This document shows positions 54,893 through 63,755 of a DNA stretch of 64,000 bases, piece after piece; position 1 is the first letter of the stretch; each line of letters begins with the position of its first letter. The translations under genes were made by a program, and so were the position numbers. Below the pieces are notes generated by a model. That model did not search any database, had not been told where the DNA came from, and was given only the letters and a program-made list of their open reading frames with translations. Source of the DNA: Dehalococcoidia bacterium (GTDB lineage: Bacteria > Chloroflexota > Dehalococcoidia > Lucifugimonadales > UBA2985); NCBI GenBank assembly GCA_034423135.1, contig DAOUJC010000006.1, positions 65,670 through 129,669 of the forward strand, read 5' to 3'.

Positions 54893-56497
54893 GTGCGGGC
54901 GCCTGCGGTCGCTGTCGTCGCTGCACTGACAGTTGTCCTGGCAGGCGCCTGCAACGCGCCGGATCCTACGCCGACGCAGGCCCCTACGTCCACGCCTGCC
55001 CCGGAGGCCACGGCCTCTGAGCCTGTCGGGGTGACCTTCGCGGACCGGAACCTGGAGAGGGCCGTCAGGGACGCTCTAGGGCTGTCCCGAACTGCGGCGA
55101 TCACCGAGGATGACCTGTCCAGGCTCACTAGCCTCGATTTGACCGCGCACGACATCTACGTGCTCGACGGCATACAAGGGCTGAGTGGCCTCACCGAACT
55201 CTACCTTCACTTCAATCACGTCAACGACCTCTCGCCGCTGTCCACGCTGACCAGCCTGAAGCGGCTTGACCTCAGGACCAACGCCGTCAGCGACCTTTCG
55301 CCACTCGCATCACTCACAAACCTGGCGGAGCTGAGCCTCCGCTCCAACGAGGTCAGGGACGTATCGCAATTGGCTGGGCTGACCGGGCTGAAGGCTCTGG
55401 ACCTGGGCACCAACAAGATCGTGGACATTTCGCCCCTGTCGTCGCTAACCGGCCTCACCTGGCTCAACCTGGAGGAGAACCGCATCGAGGACGCGTCGCC
55501 ACTGGAGTCTCTCACCGGCCTTACGCAGCTTTACCTCCACTGGAACAAGATCGGCGACCTTACGCCCCTGAGCTCCCTGACGAGGCTCAAAGCCCTTGGC
55601 CTGGGTGCCAATGGGATAGATGACCTGTCGCCGCTGGCGCCGCTTGTGGAGCTGGAGCTGCTCCACCTGTGGGGCAACGACGTGAGCGACATATCGCCGC
55701 TGGCCGGCATGACGGGCCTCAGAGAACTGCATCTGTGGCGCAACCGGGTGAGCGACATTTCGCCGCTGGCCGGGATGACGGCTCTCACCAAGCTGGAGCT
55801 GTGGGAGAACGAGGTGAGCGATATTTCGCCGCTGGCTTCATTGACCTCCCTCACCGATCTCAATCTCTGGTTGAACGACGTGAGCGACATATCGGCGCTT
55901 GCGTCCACCAGGAACCTCGTTCACGCGCACCTGGACGAGAACAGCATATCCGACCTGTCGCCGCTGGCGTCACTGCCGGTTCTCGCTACACTCGACGTAA
56001 CCGAGAACCAGGTGGTGGACGTGTCTCCCCTCCGCACCATGAACAGCCTGACGGTGCTGAACCTCAGCGGGAACTTGGTTGTCGACGTGTCTCCCCTGGC
56101 GTCCCTGGCCAACCTGGTCTCACTGAACGTGGGCGACAACGAGATCGAGGACTTCGAGCCACTCTCGGCGCTGACCGGTCTGACCAGCCTGTCCTTGGAC
56201 AGGAACGAGATTGTGGACATCTCGCCGCTGGCCTCGCTCACGGGGCTTACGCTGCTCGACCTGAGTCACAATGATATCGAGGACGTGTCCATCCTGGCGA
56301 CCCTGACCAACCTGGACGAGCTTCACATACATTCCAACTGGATAGCAGACATATCGCCGCTGGTTGAAAACCCCGGGTTGGACTGGGGGGACCTGGTGCA
56401 ACTCAGGTACAATAAGCTGGACTATAGTGATGGGTCAGAGGACCGGCAGGACATAGAAGCGCTCTGGGGGCGCGGAATAGACGTGCGCCTCAAATAG
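54893..56497 (+). CDS. leucine-rich-repeat lipoprotein (about 20 tandem 22-aa LRRs)
   Basis: Lipobox VVLAGAC followed by a PT-rich linker. Then repeats of the form L..L..L..L.L..N.(V/I).D(I/L)SPLA. Confidence 0.8.
   Translation: MRAPAVAVVAALTVVLAGACNAPDPTPTQAPTSTPAPEATASEPVGVTFADRNLERAVRDALGLSRTAAITEDDLSRLTSLDLTAHDIYVLDGIQGLSGLTELYLHFNHVNDLSPLSTLTSLKRLDLRTNAVSDLSPLASLTNLAELSLRSNEVRDVSQLAGLTGLKALDLGTNKIVDISPLSSLTGLTWLNLEENRIEDASPLESLTGLTQLYLHWNKIGDLTPLSSLTRLKALGLGANGIDDLSPLAPLVELELLHLWGNDVSDISPLAGMTGLRELHLWRNRVSDISPLAGMTALTKLELWENEVSDISPLASLTSLTDLNLWLNDVSDISALASTRNLVHAHLDENSISDLSPLASLPVLATLDVTENQVVDVSPLRTMNSLTVLNLSGNLVVDVSPLASLANLVSLNVGDNEIEDFEPLSALTGLTSLSLDRNEIVDISPLASLTGLTLLDLSHNDIEDVSILATLTNLDELHIHSNWIADISPLVENPGLDWGDLVQLRYNKLDYSDGSEDRQDIEALWGRGIDVRLK
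55130..56390 (+). repeat. 66-nt periodic coding repeats (LRR units)
   Basis: Recurrent ...GACATTTCGCCGCTGGC... / ...CTGACC(G/A)GCCT... blocks every 66 nt. Boundaries are approximate. Confidence 0.6.
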
Positions 56498-56525
56498 AAT
56501 CGGCGGGCTATAACGCTCGTGCGCG

Positions 56526-56554
56526 TTGACAATGGAGAGGGCTAGTGCTAATCT
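56526..56554 (+). promoter_or_regulatory. near-consensus extended -10 promoter of the ABC importer operon
   Basis: TTGACA (56526-56531), a 17-nt spacer ending in TGC, then TAATCT (56549-56554). A GGAGGG RBS lies before ATG 56582. Confidence 0.5.
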
Positions 56555-56581
56555 TGTGCCAACTTCCTCAGGAGGGCAGAT

Positions 56582-58537
56582 ATGACGTTACGATATTCGC
56601 GCCTTGCTAGCAGGATGGTGATTACGATATTCGCAGCGGCTGTCATGGTGGTGGCAGTTGCCTGCGGGGAGGACCCAACTGCCACTCCTGTTCCCACGGA
56701 CACACCAGTTCCTACGGCTACGGCCCCCGAGGCCACGCCTACCGCCGAAATGATGGAGCCCACGGCCACCGCCGTGCCGGACGCCATGACGGACGAGTTT
56801 CGGGAGGACTGGGCCAACTATCTGAAGACTCACCCTGGCTATCAGGCGGAGTGGGGAGAGCCCCAGTACGGGGGCATTGTCAGATTGAGCGGTCCCGCCA
56901 ATCCCACCCGCTCGCAGATCACGCTGGGCTGGAGCGCCTTCATCAACCTGTCCTTCGAGGCGCACAACAGCCTGCTGATGTTCGACCCCTGGCTGGAGCA
57001 GGACGACGGAGTATTCTGCGACCTGTGCGAGACCTGGGAAGTGTCGGATGACGGCAAGACCTACACCTTCCGGCTCAGGGACAACGTGCAGTTCCACTCC
57101 GAAGGATACGCCAAGGACATGGGCGCGCCCGGCTTCGGGAGCGAGCTTGTGTGCGAGGACGTGAAGCACAGCATGGAGTGGTTCGCTGCGCCTCCGGAAG
57201 GAACGGTTGCCAGCACCGCTGCAGCCGGCAAGGAAAAGATGGGGCATCTGGACGAAATCACCTGCCCGGACGGTCCGGACGGCAAGACGGTGGTGCTGAA
57301 CTTCTCCATGTTCAGGAATCCCACAACCGGCTGGCTGGCCTCCGGCATCGCGATCTGGGACAAGGAGTACAGGGAGTGGATGGATGCGGAGCACCCGAAC
57401 ATCCAGTCCACCGGTGAAGAGCTGGGCTACCTCCTGGACATGGGCACCGGGCCGCAGATACCCGTTTCCTGGGATCCGGAAGTAGTGCTGAAGACCCGCA
57501 CCAATCCAGACTACTGGATAAAGGGCGCGCCCCTGGTGGACGGCTTCGAGTTCTACCCCATCCTGGACTACAACACCAAGTTCACGTCCTTCATCACGGG
57601 GAAGATCGACCACGCCGGCCACGGCAGCAGCGGCCTGACCAAGGCCCAGGTCGTTCAGATTCAGGAGAGCTACCCCGACTACACGGTGCATGAGGTGCAG
57701 TACAACCACATCTCCCAGCTGCCCATGAACCCCTTCAGGCCTCCCTTTGACGACTGGAAGGTCCGCTGGGCCATCCACCTTGCTCTTGACAGGCAGGCCT
57801 GGCTGGAGTTCAACAAGGCGGGCACCCTCAACATGGCGGCCCACAACTACTACCTCCACAGGGCCAGCCCCTGGTCATGGCCGGAGGAGGAGTTCCTGAA
57901 GTTCCCCGGCTGGAGGGCCGACCAGAAGGACGCGGACATAGCCGAGGCCAACCGCATCCTTGACGAGGTCTTCGGACCCGGTGAACGTCCCACGGACACT
58001 GAGATGACCATATGGACGCTGCTCAGCCGACGTGAGATTGGCGTGTGGGCTCTGGACCAGTTCAGAGAGTCGCTGGGCTGGGAGCTTGACGCCAGGTTCG
58101 TGGAGGTGGGTGAGTGGATCCAGAAGCGCCAGGAGGGTACCTTCGTCCTCCAGCCTGACGCAGCGCCTATGCACGGCATGGGGTACATCCCGGACCCCAG
58201 CGACGGCTTCTTCGGCGCTCACTCCAAGACGGGCACTCGACCGGACGCCTACATCCGGGCCTGGAAGGGGGAGAATGAAGGGATGGAACTCCAGCCCGAG
58301 CTGGACAGAATAGACGCCCTCATCGAGGAGCAGGACGTGGAAACTGACATGGCCAAGCGCCTTGATATGGTCAGAGACCTGTCCAAGTACATGATCGAGG
58401 AGCGCACCACCGGCGTGTTCCTGGGCGCAATGAACGTTGCCTGGGGCACGGCGCCAAGACTGAGGGGCACCCACTTCTACAGGCTGGGGACCTACTCTCA
58501 GCAGCGTCTCTATGACCGGTGGTGGATCACCGAGTAG
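56582..58537 (+). CDS. ABC transporter substrate-binding lipoprotein, family 5 (peptide/nickel type)
   Basis: Lipobox VAVACG plus a PT-rich linker. About 650 aa with SBP_bac_5-like composition. Followed by two DppB/C-type permease genes. Confidence 0.8.
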   Translation: MTLRYSRLASRMVITIFAAAVMVVAVACGEDPTATPVPTDTPVPTATAPEATPTAEMMEPTATAVPDAMTDEFREDWANYLKTHPGYQAEWGEPQYGGIVRLSGPANPTRSQITLGWSAFINLSFEAHNSLLMFDPWLEQDDGVFCDLCETWEVSDDGKTYTFRLRDNVQFHSEGYAKDMGAPGFGSELVCEDVKHSMEWFAAPPEGTVASTAAAGKEKMGHLDEITCPDGPDGKTVVLNFSMFRNPTTGWLASGIAIWDKEYREWMDAEHPNIQSTGEELGYLLDMGTGPQIPVSWDPEVVLKTRTNPDYWIKGAPLVDGFEFYPILDYNTKFTSFITGKIDHAGHGSSGLTKAQVVQIQESYPDYTVHEVQYNHISQLPMNPFRPPFDDWKVRWAIHLALDRQAWLEFNKAGTLNMAAHNYYLHRASPWSWPEEEFLKFPGWRADQKDADIAEANRILDEVFGPGERPTDTEMTIWTLLSRREIGVWALDQFRESLGWELDARFVEVGEWIQKRQEGTFVLQPDAAPMHGMGYIPDPSDGFFGAHSKTGTRPDAYIRAWKGENEGMELQPELDRIDALIEEQDVETDMAKRLDMVRDLSKYMIEERTTGVFLGAMNVAWGTAPRLRGTHFYRLGTYSQQRLYDRWWITE

Positions 58538-58592
58538 CGCGCTAGACCAACGATAGCGCAGCTCTGCGTCCGCGGAGCCTGTGATATGATGA

Positions 58593-58629
58593 GGCCAATT
58601 CTGGGGCAAGACCCGCCCCAGAATTGGCC
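58593..58629 (+). terminator. intercistronic 15-bp stem-loop after the binding-protein gene (attenuator/mRNA stabiliser)
   Basis: GGCCAATTCTGGGGC-AAGACCC-GCCCCAGAATTGGCC. Confidence 0.45.
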
Positions 58630-58741
58630 CTTGACCCAGGCATGAGCGGGGCGCTCCCAAGCCCGTCGTGATGCCGATTGAACGTAGGCGTACGACGCGG
58701 CAAGGCACACCGCCCGATCGGCTCAGAGATCAGGAGGCAAT

Positions 58742-59695
58742 ATGACCGAGTACATCCTTCGCAGATTGCTGCTGGGGGTACTGACCGCGTTCCTGGTGTC
58801 CATTCTGGTCTTCACCCTCCTCCGCATCGCCCCCGGGGACGTGGTGGACGCCATCCTGGGAGGCGAAGGTGAGGTCTACTCCGATGAGGTGAGGGAGGCG
58901 CTCCGCGAGCAGCTGGGCCTGAACAGGCCTCTCCCGGTTCAATACTTGACATTCATGCGGGACTTCGTGACCCTGCAGTGGGGCGAGTCCCTTCGAAACA
59001 ACACGGAGATCTGGCCGCAGATCCAGAAGAAGCTGCCCATCACACTGGAGCTCTCCGTGATGACGCTGCTCATCTCCGTGTTCATGGGAATACCCATTGG
59101 TACGCTGATGGCACTATACCGAGACTCGTGGGTGGACTACTTACTCCGCGTGTTCTCTCTGGCGGGCCTGTCCATACCAAACTTCTGGTCCGCCACCATG
59201 ATCGTCCTTGGAGGCGCCTTCTTCCTCAACTGGAGCCCGCGGCTGGAGTACATCTCCCCCCTGGAGGACCCGCGGGCGAACTTCATCATGTTCTTCTGGC
59301 CTGCCCTGGCTGCAGGATGGGTTGGGCAGGCCACCCAGGCCAGAATGATGCGCTCGACAATGCTGGAGGTGCTGCGCCAGGACTACATTCGCACTGCCCA
59401 CGCCAAGGGACTGCAGTATTACGTGGTCGTCTACCGCCACGCCCTGAAGAACGCCCTTCTGCCGGTCATCACCATCATCGGCATTACCGTGGCGTTGATA
59501 CTGGGCGGGACGGTCATCATCGAGACCATCTTCCAGCTGCCGGGGCTGTCGCGGTACCTTGTTCAGAGCCTTCAGAACTGGGACTACACCGTGGTGCAGA
59601 CCGTGGTGCTGTTCCTTTCGATATGGATCGTGCTGTCCAACCTTGTTGTTGATCTGGCCTACGGCTGGCTGGACCCAAGAATACGATACGACTAG
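58742..59695 (+). CDS. ABC transporter permease (DppB/OppB-like)
   Basis: AGGAGG RBS. MTEYILRRLLLGVLTAFLVSILVF... N-terminus and ...YIRTAHAKGL... EAA-loop region. Confidence 0.85.
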   Translation: MTEYILRRLLLGVLTAFLVSILVFTLLRIAPGDVVDAILGGEGEVYSDEVREALREQLGLNRPLPVQYLTFMRDFVTLQWGESLRNNTEIWPQIQKKLPITLELSVMTLLISVFMGIPIGTLMALYRDSWVDYLLRVFSLAGLSIPNFWSATMIVLGGAFFLNWSPRLEYISPLEDPRANFIMFFWPALAAGWVGQATQARMMRSTMLEVLRQDYIRTAHAKGLQYYVVVYRHALKNALLPVITIIGITVALILGGTVIIETIFQLPGLSRYLVQSLQNWDYTVVQTVVLFLSIWIVLSNLVVDLAYGWLDPRIRYD

Positions 59696-59743
59696 GCCGG
59701 CACGGACGAAGCCGCCTCATGGAGGTGGCGTCAAGGAGGCGCA

Positions 59744-60646
59744 ATGGCGACTCGGGAAGAGATACTGGAACCACTGGCAACCCGTACTAGGGCGCCACTG
59801 CCGGTTCGCCTACTGAAGGGAACGACCAACTTCATGGTCAGGAAGCCGCTGGGGGCTTTCGGGGCAGCCATCATTCTCGCTATGGTATTCATGGCGCTGG
59901 CCGCTCCCTGGATCTCCGGCGATCCCAACAAGTGGCACATTTCCGAGACAATGTACGGCCCCTCATGGAAGTTCTGGCTTGGGACCAACGACCTGGGCCA
60001 GGACATGTGGGCAATGATTGTGAGAGGAGCCAGGGTGTCCCTTTACGTGGGGTTCCTGGCCGTGGCCCTGGGCTCCTGCACCGGCGGGGTTATCGGGTTG
60101 GTTAGCGCCTACTACGGCGGGAAGGTGGACATGAGCATTCAGAGGCTTATGGACGCTCTCATGGCCATACCCACACTGATCCTGGCTCTGGCCATCATGG
60201 CCGCGCTGGGCCAGTCCCTCAACAACGTGGTACTGGCAATCGGCATAGTGCAGATTCCCAGGGCAAACCGCATAGTTCGCTCACAGGCCCTTTCCGTGAA
60301 GGAGTCGGAGTTCGCCCTGGCGGCTCGCTCGATCGGTGCGGGTGACTTTCGCATCATGGTGTACCACATACTCCCGCAGTGCATGGCTCCCTGGCTCATC
60401 ATCGCCTCAGCGGCCTTGGGTACGGCCATCATATCGGAGGCGTCACTGAGTTTCTTGGGCATGGGAGTGCCTCCCACGGTACCCACGTGGGGAGGAATGC
60501 TCTCCACCAGAGGAAGGGAATTCTTCATACAGAACCCCTGGATGGCTATATGGCCGGGCGTGGCCATATCGCTCGCCGTCTACGGCTTCAACCTCTTTGG
60601 GGACGCTCTGCGGGACGTGCTGGACCCTCGGTTGCGCGGGCTGTAG
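59744..60646 (+). CDS. ABC transporter permease (DppC/OppC-like)
   Basis: Six hydrophobic segments. ...EFALAARSIGAG... EAA-loop region. C-terminal GDALRDVLDPRLR. Confidence 0.85.
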   Translation: MATREEILEPLATRTRAPLPVRLLKGTTNFMVRKPLGAFGAAIILAMVFMALAAPWISGDPNKWHISETMYGPSWKFWLGTNDLGQDMWAMIVRGARVSLYVGFLAVALGSCTGGVIGLVSAYYGGKVDMSIQRLMDALMAIPTLILALAIMAALGQSLNNVVLAIGIVQIPRANRIVRSQALSVKESEFALAARSIGAGDFRIMVYHILPQCMAPWLIIASAALGTAIISEASLSFLGMGVPPTVPTWGGMLSTRGREFFIQNPWMAIWPGVAISLAVYGFNLFGDALRDVLDPRLRGL

Positions 60647-60727
60647 GCGCGGCGCTACACGGCGCAGGTCTGTAGAGCGGGAAGGACTGTCCTTCGGGGA
60701 TACCGCGGCCGCCAGGATTTTGGCGGG

Positions 60728-61150
60728 CTACTCAGACTTTCTGAGCGCCACAATGGTCAGGTGGTTCTGCTCGTTCTCACGCTTGTAGTGCATCTGGTCC
60801 ATGAGGGTCTTCACCAGGTGCACGCCCAGCCCACCGATCCGGCGCTCTTGCACCGCCGCTTCCAGGTCGGGTTCCGGTGCGTCGCTGAGCGGGTCGAACG
60901 GCCGGCCGCTGTCCACGATCTCGATGGTGATGGCGTCCAGGTCGGACGAGATGTTGATCTCAATGTCCTGCTGTTTGTCGTCGTATCCGTAGTCCATGAC
61001 GTTGAGCACCAGTTCCTCCAGCGCCAGGTGCACCCGATAGGAGAAACCCGGATCCCACTCCTCGCGCTCGGCCATGCCCTCCACGGCTTCGATGACCTGC
61101 TCCAGCTCGGCGCGGTCGCTCTTGACCTTTAGGGAAAGTGTTTCACTCAC
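60728..61150 (-). CDS. RsbW/SpoIIAB-like anti-sigma factor serine kinase (GHKL ATPase)
   Basis: ALEELVLNVMDYGY (N-box) and GGLGVHLVKTLMD (G-box). Start chosen at GTG 61150, giving a GTGA overlap with the upstream stop. The track ORF extends to 61183. Confidence 0.7.
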   Translation of the reverse strand: MSETLSLKVKSDRAELEQVIEAVEGMAEREEWDPGFSYRVHLALEELVLNVMDYGYDDKQQDIEINISSDLDAITIEIVDSGRPFDPLSDAPEPDLEAAVQERRIGGLGVHLVKTLMDQMHYKRENEQNHLTIVALRKSE

Positions 61151-62325
61151 TGTCCATACTCGCCTGTGCTGAGGATTAGGCACGTAATGTCGTCGGACTG
61201 AGGCGTTCCGTCGGCGAAGTTGCGCACCGCCTCGAACACGGCGTCGCTGGCCTGCTGCGCTGTTGTCGGAGGTCCGCCAGAGAAGATGTTCAGCAGCCGC
61301 TCGTTCCCGAACTCCTCGTCACCGCTGTTCATTGCCTCCGTGACGCCGTCCGTATAAAGCACCACTGTCTCGCCCGGCTCGAGTCTGGTGACGACCTCCT
61401 CATACTCGAAGTCCGGGAGAAGCCCCAGAGCAAGCCCTGAGCTAAGGGTCAGCAGCTCAGAACTGCCGTCCTTGCGGATTACGAGCGGGGGATTGTGGCC
61501 CCCGTTGGCAATGGTCAATGTTCCGCTATCCGGGTTGTAGACGGCGTAGAGAACGGTTACGAACATAGAAGTCTCGTTGTCTTCATGTAGAAGGTTGTTG
61601 ACCTCAGTAAGTACGCTCTTGGGTTCGAGGGTGCCGATTGCCGCGCCCTTGAGCAGGGTTCTTGCGGACATCATGAACAGCGCCGCAGGCACGCCCTTGC
61701 CGGAGACGTCTGCAATTGCCAGGCCGATGCGGCCATTGTCCAGTCGAATAACGTCAAAAAAGTCACCGCCCACGCTGCGCGCGGGATCCATGTTGGCATA
61801 GACCTGGTAGCTGCGGCCTGAAGGGAACTGGACCGGAAGGATGGACTGCTGCATCTCAGACGCGACATCCAGCTCATTCTGGATCGCGACCAGCTTGTCG
61901 CGGGAGGCGAGAGCCTCTCTCCACTGCACGATGTTGGCCAGCGTTCGCTCGATTGTGACTTCCAGGTCCTCGAAGTCAATGGGCTTGGTGACGAAGTCGA
62001 ATGCGCCGCGGTTCATGGCGGTGCGAATGTTCTTCATGTCGCCGTATGCGGAGATGATGACGGCACGGAGTTCCGGGTCCAGCTTGGAGATCTGCTCAAG
62101 AAGCGTCAGTCCGTCCATCTGGGGCATGTTGATGTCGGACAGGACCATGTCGATATCTGAGTCCTCGCGCAGCCTTGCCAGGGCTTCCAGGCCGTTCTGA
62201 GCGAACACGAATGAGTACTTGCCGGCGCGAATCTGCCGACGCATTCGCTGCAGGACCAGCGGCTCGACGTCCGGTTCGTCGTCGACCACCAGGATCTTGT
62301 AGGGTTGCTGATCTTCAGTAGTCAT
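61147..62325 (-). CDS. response-regulator receiver domain fused to a PP2C/SpoIIE phosphatase (RsbU-like)
   Basis: ILVVDDEPD...MVLSDINMPQMDG (receiver domain). GGDFFDV...ADVSGKG...YTDGVTEA (PP2C). Confidence 0.85.
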   Translation of the reverse strand: MTTEDQQPYKILVVDDEPDVEPLVLQRMRRQIRAGKYSFVFAQNGLEALARLREDSDIDMVLSDINMPQMDGLTLLEQISKLDPELRAVIISAYGDMKNIRTAMNRGAFDFVTKPIDFEDLEVTIERTLANIVQWREALASRDKLVAIQNELDVASEMQQSILPVQFPSGRSYQVYANMDPARSVGGDFFDVIRLDNGRIGLAIADVSGKGVPAALFMMSARTLLKGAAIGTLEPKSVLTEVNNLLHEDNETSMFVTVLYAVYNPDSGTLTIANGGHNPPLVIRKDGSSELLTLSSGLALGLLPDFEYEEVVTRLEPGETVVLYTDGVTEAMNSGDEEFGNERLLNIFSGGPPTTAQQASDAVFEAVRNFADGTPQSDDITCLILSTGEYGQ

Positions 62326-62436
62326 TTCTGGCGATTCCGGCTAATCTATAGGGCAGGCGCAACCTGGCGCTTGGCACTTCGGGCGCGGGAGCACGCTTCA
62401 CGAGATGGCAAGTGACCCTCCGCGGAGAGGCGATTG

Positions 62437-62823
62437 CTACCGAGCAATGGCCGAGAGCGCGTCTGACTGAGCGGCGTGGGTGGGAATGATCTTGTCGAAT
62501 CCACTGATCTGGAACACCTCGCTGATGGCGCTGGAAAGCGAGCATACGCCGAACTTGGCGCCCTTGCCCTGCAGCTGCTTGGAGATTAGTAGAATGACCC
62601 GGAGGCCGGCGCTGCTGATGTACGAGAGATTCTCCAAGTCCAGGATCATTGCGTTGGCGTTGTCCTTGAGGAGCGTCTCCAAGGCATCCTGGAATTCTCT
62701 GGCGTTGGCTCCGTCGACGCGGCCTGCCGTGTTGGCAATTAGCACGCCGCCTTTGATTTCTCCCTGCACGGTAAGGTTCTTAGTATCGGCAACAGTCCAG
62801 GTGGCTCCGCTTTCCTGAGTCAT
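62437..62823 (-). CDS. STAS-domain anti-sigma factor antagonist (RsbV/SpoIIAA-like)
   Basis: LENLSYISSAGLRVILL carries the phosphorylatable Ser context. AAAGGAG RBS. Confidence 0.85.
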   Translation of the reverse strand: MTQESGATWTVADTKNLTVQGEIKGGVLIANTAGRVDGANAREFQDALETLLKDNANAMILDLENLSYISSAGLRVILLISKQLQGKGAKFGVCSLSSAISEVFQISGFDKIIPTHAAQSDALSAIAR

Positions 62824-63093
62824 TGGCGAATGCTCCTTTAAGGTGGATAGCCGTTGGTTGCTCTATCTCTATTGGTCGGCAGACCGCCTGCCTTCCAAGT
62901 TCGGTGATACGCAGCGTCCAGTGGTTTGGCAGCCGCTATCCGCTCCATAGGCCGAAATTCAACACACACATAGGGCCAGGCGGCCCACTGGCGTCCTGCG
63001 CAATTATAAGGCTCTCAGGATGGTCGGTCAATACTCTGTACTCTGCGTGGGGAAACAGCACTCCCGGCCTCTCTCAGGGCGCGTTTCGTCCTA

Positions 63094-63136
63094 TTGACAT
63101 CAACAGGCAGTCGCAATAGACTCACTATCATTGCGA
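63094..63136 (+). promoter_or_regulatory. promoter with overlapping inverted-repeat operator upstream of the Fur-family gene
   Basis: TTGACA (63094-63099), a 17-nt spacer, TAGACT (63117-63122). Inverted repeat TCGCAAT (63111-63117) ... ATTGCGA (63130-63136). Confidence 0.45.
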
Positions 63137-63183
63137 CTGACCGCCCATCGCTTGGATTCCCGACCAAATCGATACTGAATACC

Positions 63184-63609
63184 ATGAACCAGTTGCAGGC
63201 CCAACGTCCAGACCTGATCGCAGCCCTGGAAGACCAGGGATACAGAATCACTGCCCCGCGCCAGGCCATCGCTCACATGCTTGAGCACAAACAAGATGGC
63301 TTCACCGCGGAGGAGATCATCGCAGAGCTGCCCGCCGTCGGCAGGGCAACCGTCTACAGGACCATCAAGTTGCTTCTGAGGGCTGGCGCTGTATGCAAGC
63401 TCGCCACAATGGAAGGCGCACCTATGTACAGCCTCTCCCGCACCGACCACCATCACCACACAGTCTGCGTTTCATGCGGCGCCGTGGGCGAATTCCGAGC
63501 AGTGACCGTCGAGCGTCTCCTGCGCAGCCTCGGCGGGGACATTCCCGGCCAGGTCCTTGGCCATCGCATTGAGTTCTACATCAACTGCGACACCTGCCGG
63601 CTTGCTTAA
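63184..63609 (+). CDS. Fur-family metalloregulator (Fur/Zur/PerR class not resolved)
   Basis: Internal ATG gives MNQLQAQRPDLIAALEDQGYRITAPRQAIAHML...GRATVYRTIKLL...HHHHTVCVSCG...CDTC (wHTH plus two CxxC pairs). Confidence 0.85.
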   Translation: MNQLQAQRPDLIAALEDQGYRITAPRQAIAHMLEHKQDGFTAEEIIAELPAVGRATVYRTIKLLLRAGAVCKLATMEGAPMYSLSRTDHHHHTVCVSCGAVGEFRAVTVERLLRSLGGDIPGQVLGHRIEFYINCDTCRLA

Positions 63610-63755
63610 ACCGGCTAACCGATTCCCGCCGGCAACGACAAACCGGATGAGCGGCGCCGGCGCGCTGCGCGATTGACGGCGCGTAGTGGCGACACTACAA
63701 TCGCTCCAGCCCGCACCACCGCAACCTCTGCCGCCGCGGAGAAAGGACGTCCCGC

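Noticed and set aside
55130-56390. Regularly spaced 66-nt DNA repeats that could be mistaken for a CRISPR or tandem-repeat array.
   Set aside because: The repeats are contiguous with no unique spacers. They are in frame and encode canonical 22-aa leucine-rich repeats inside one long ORF.
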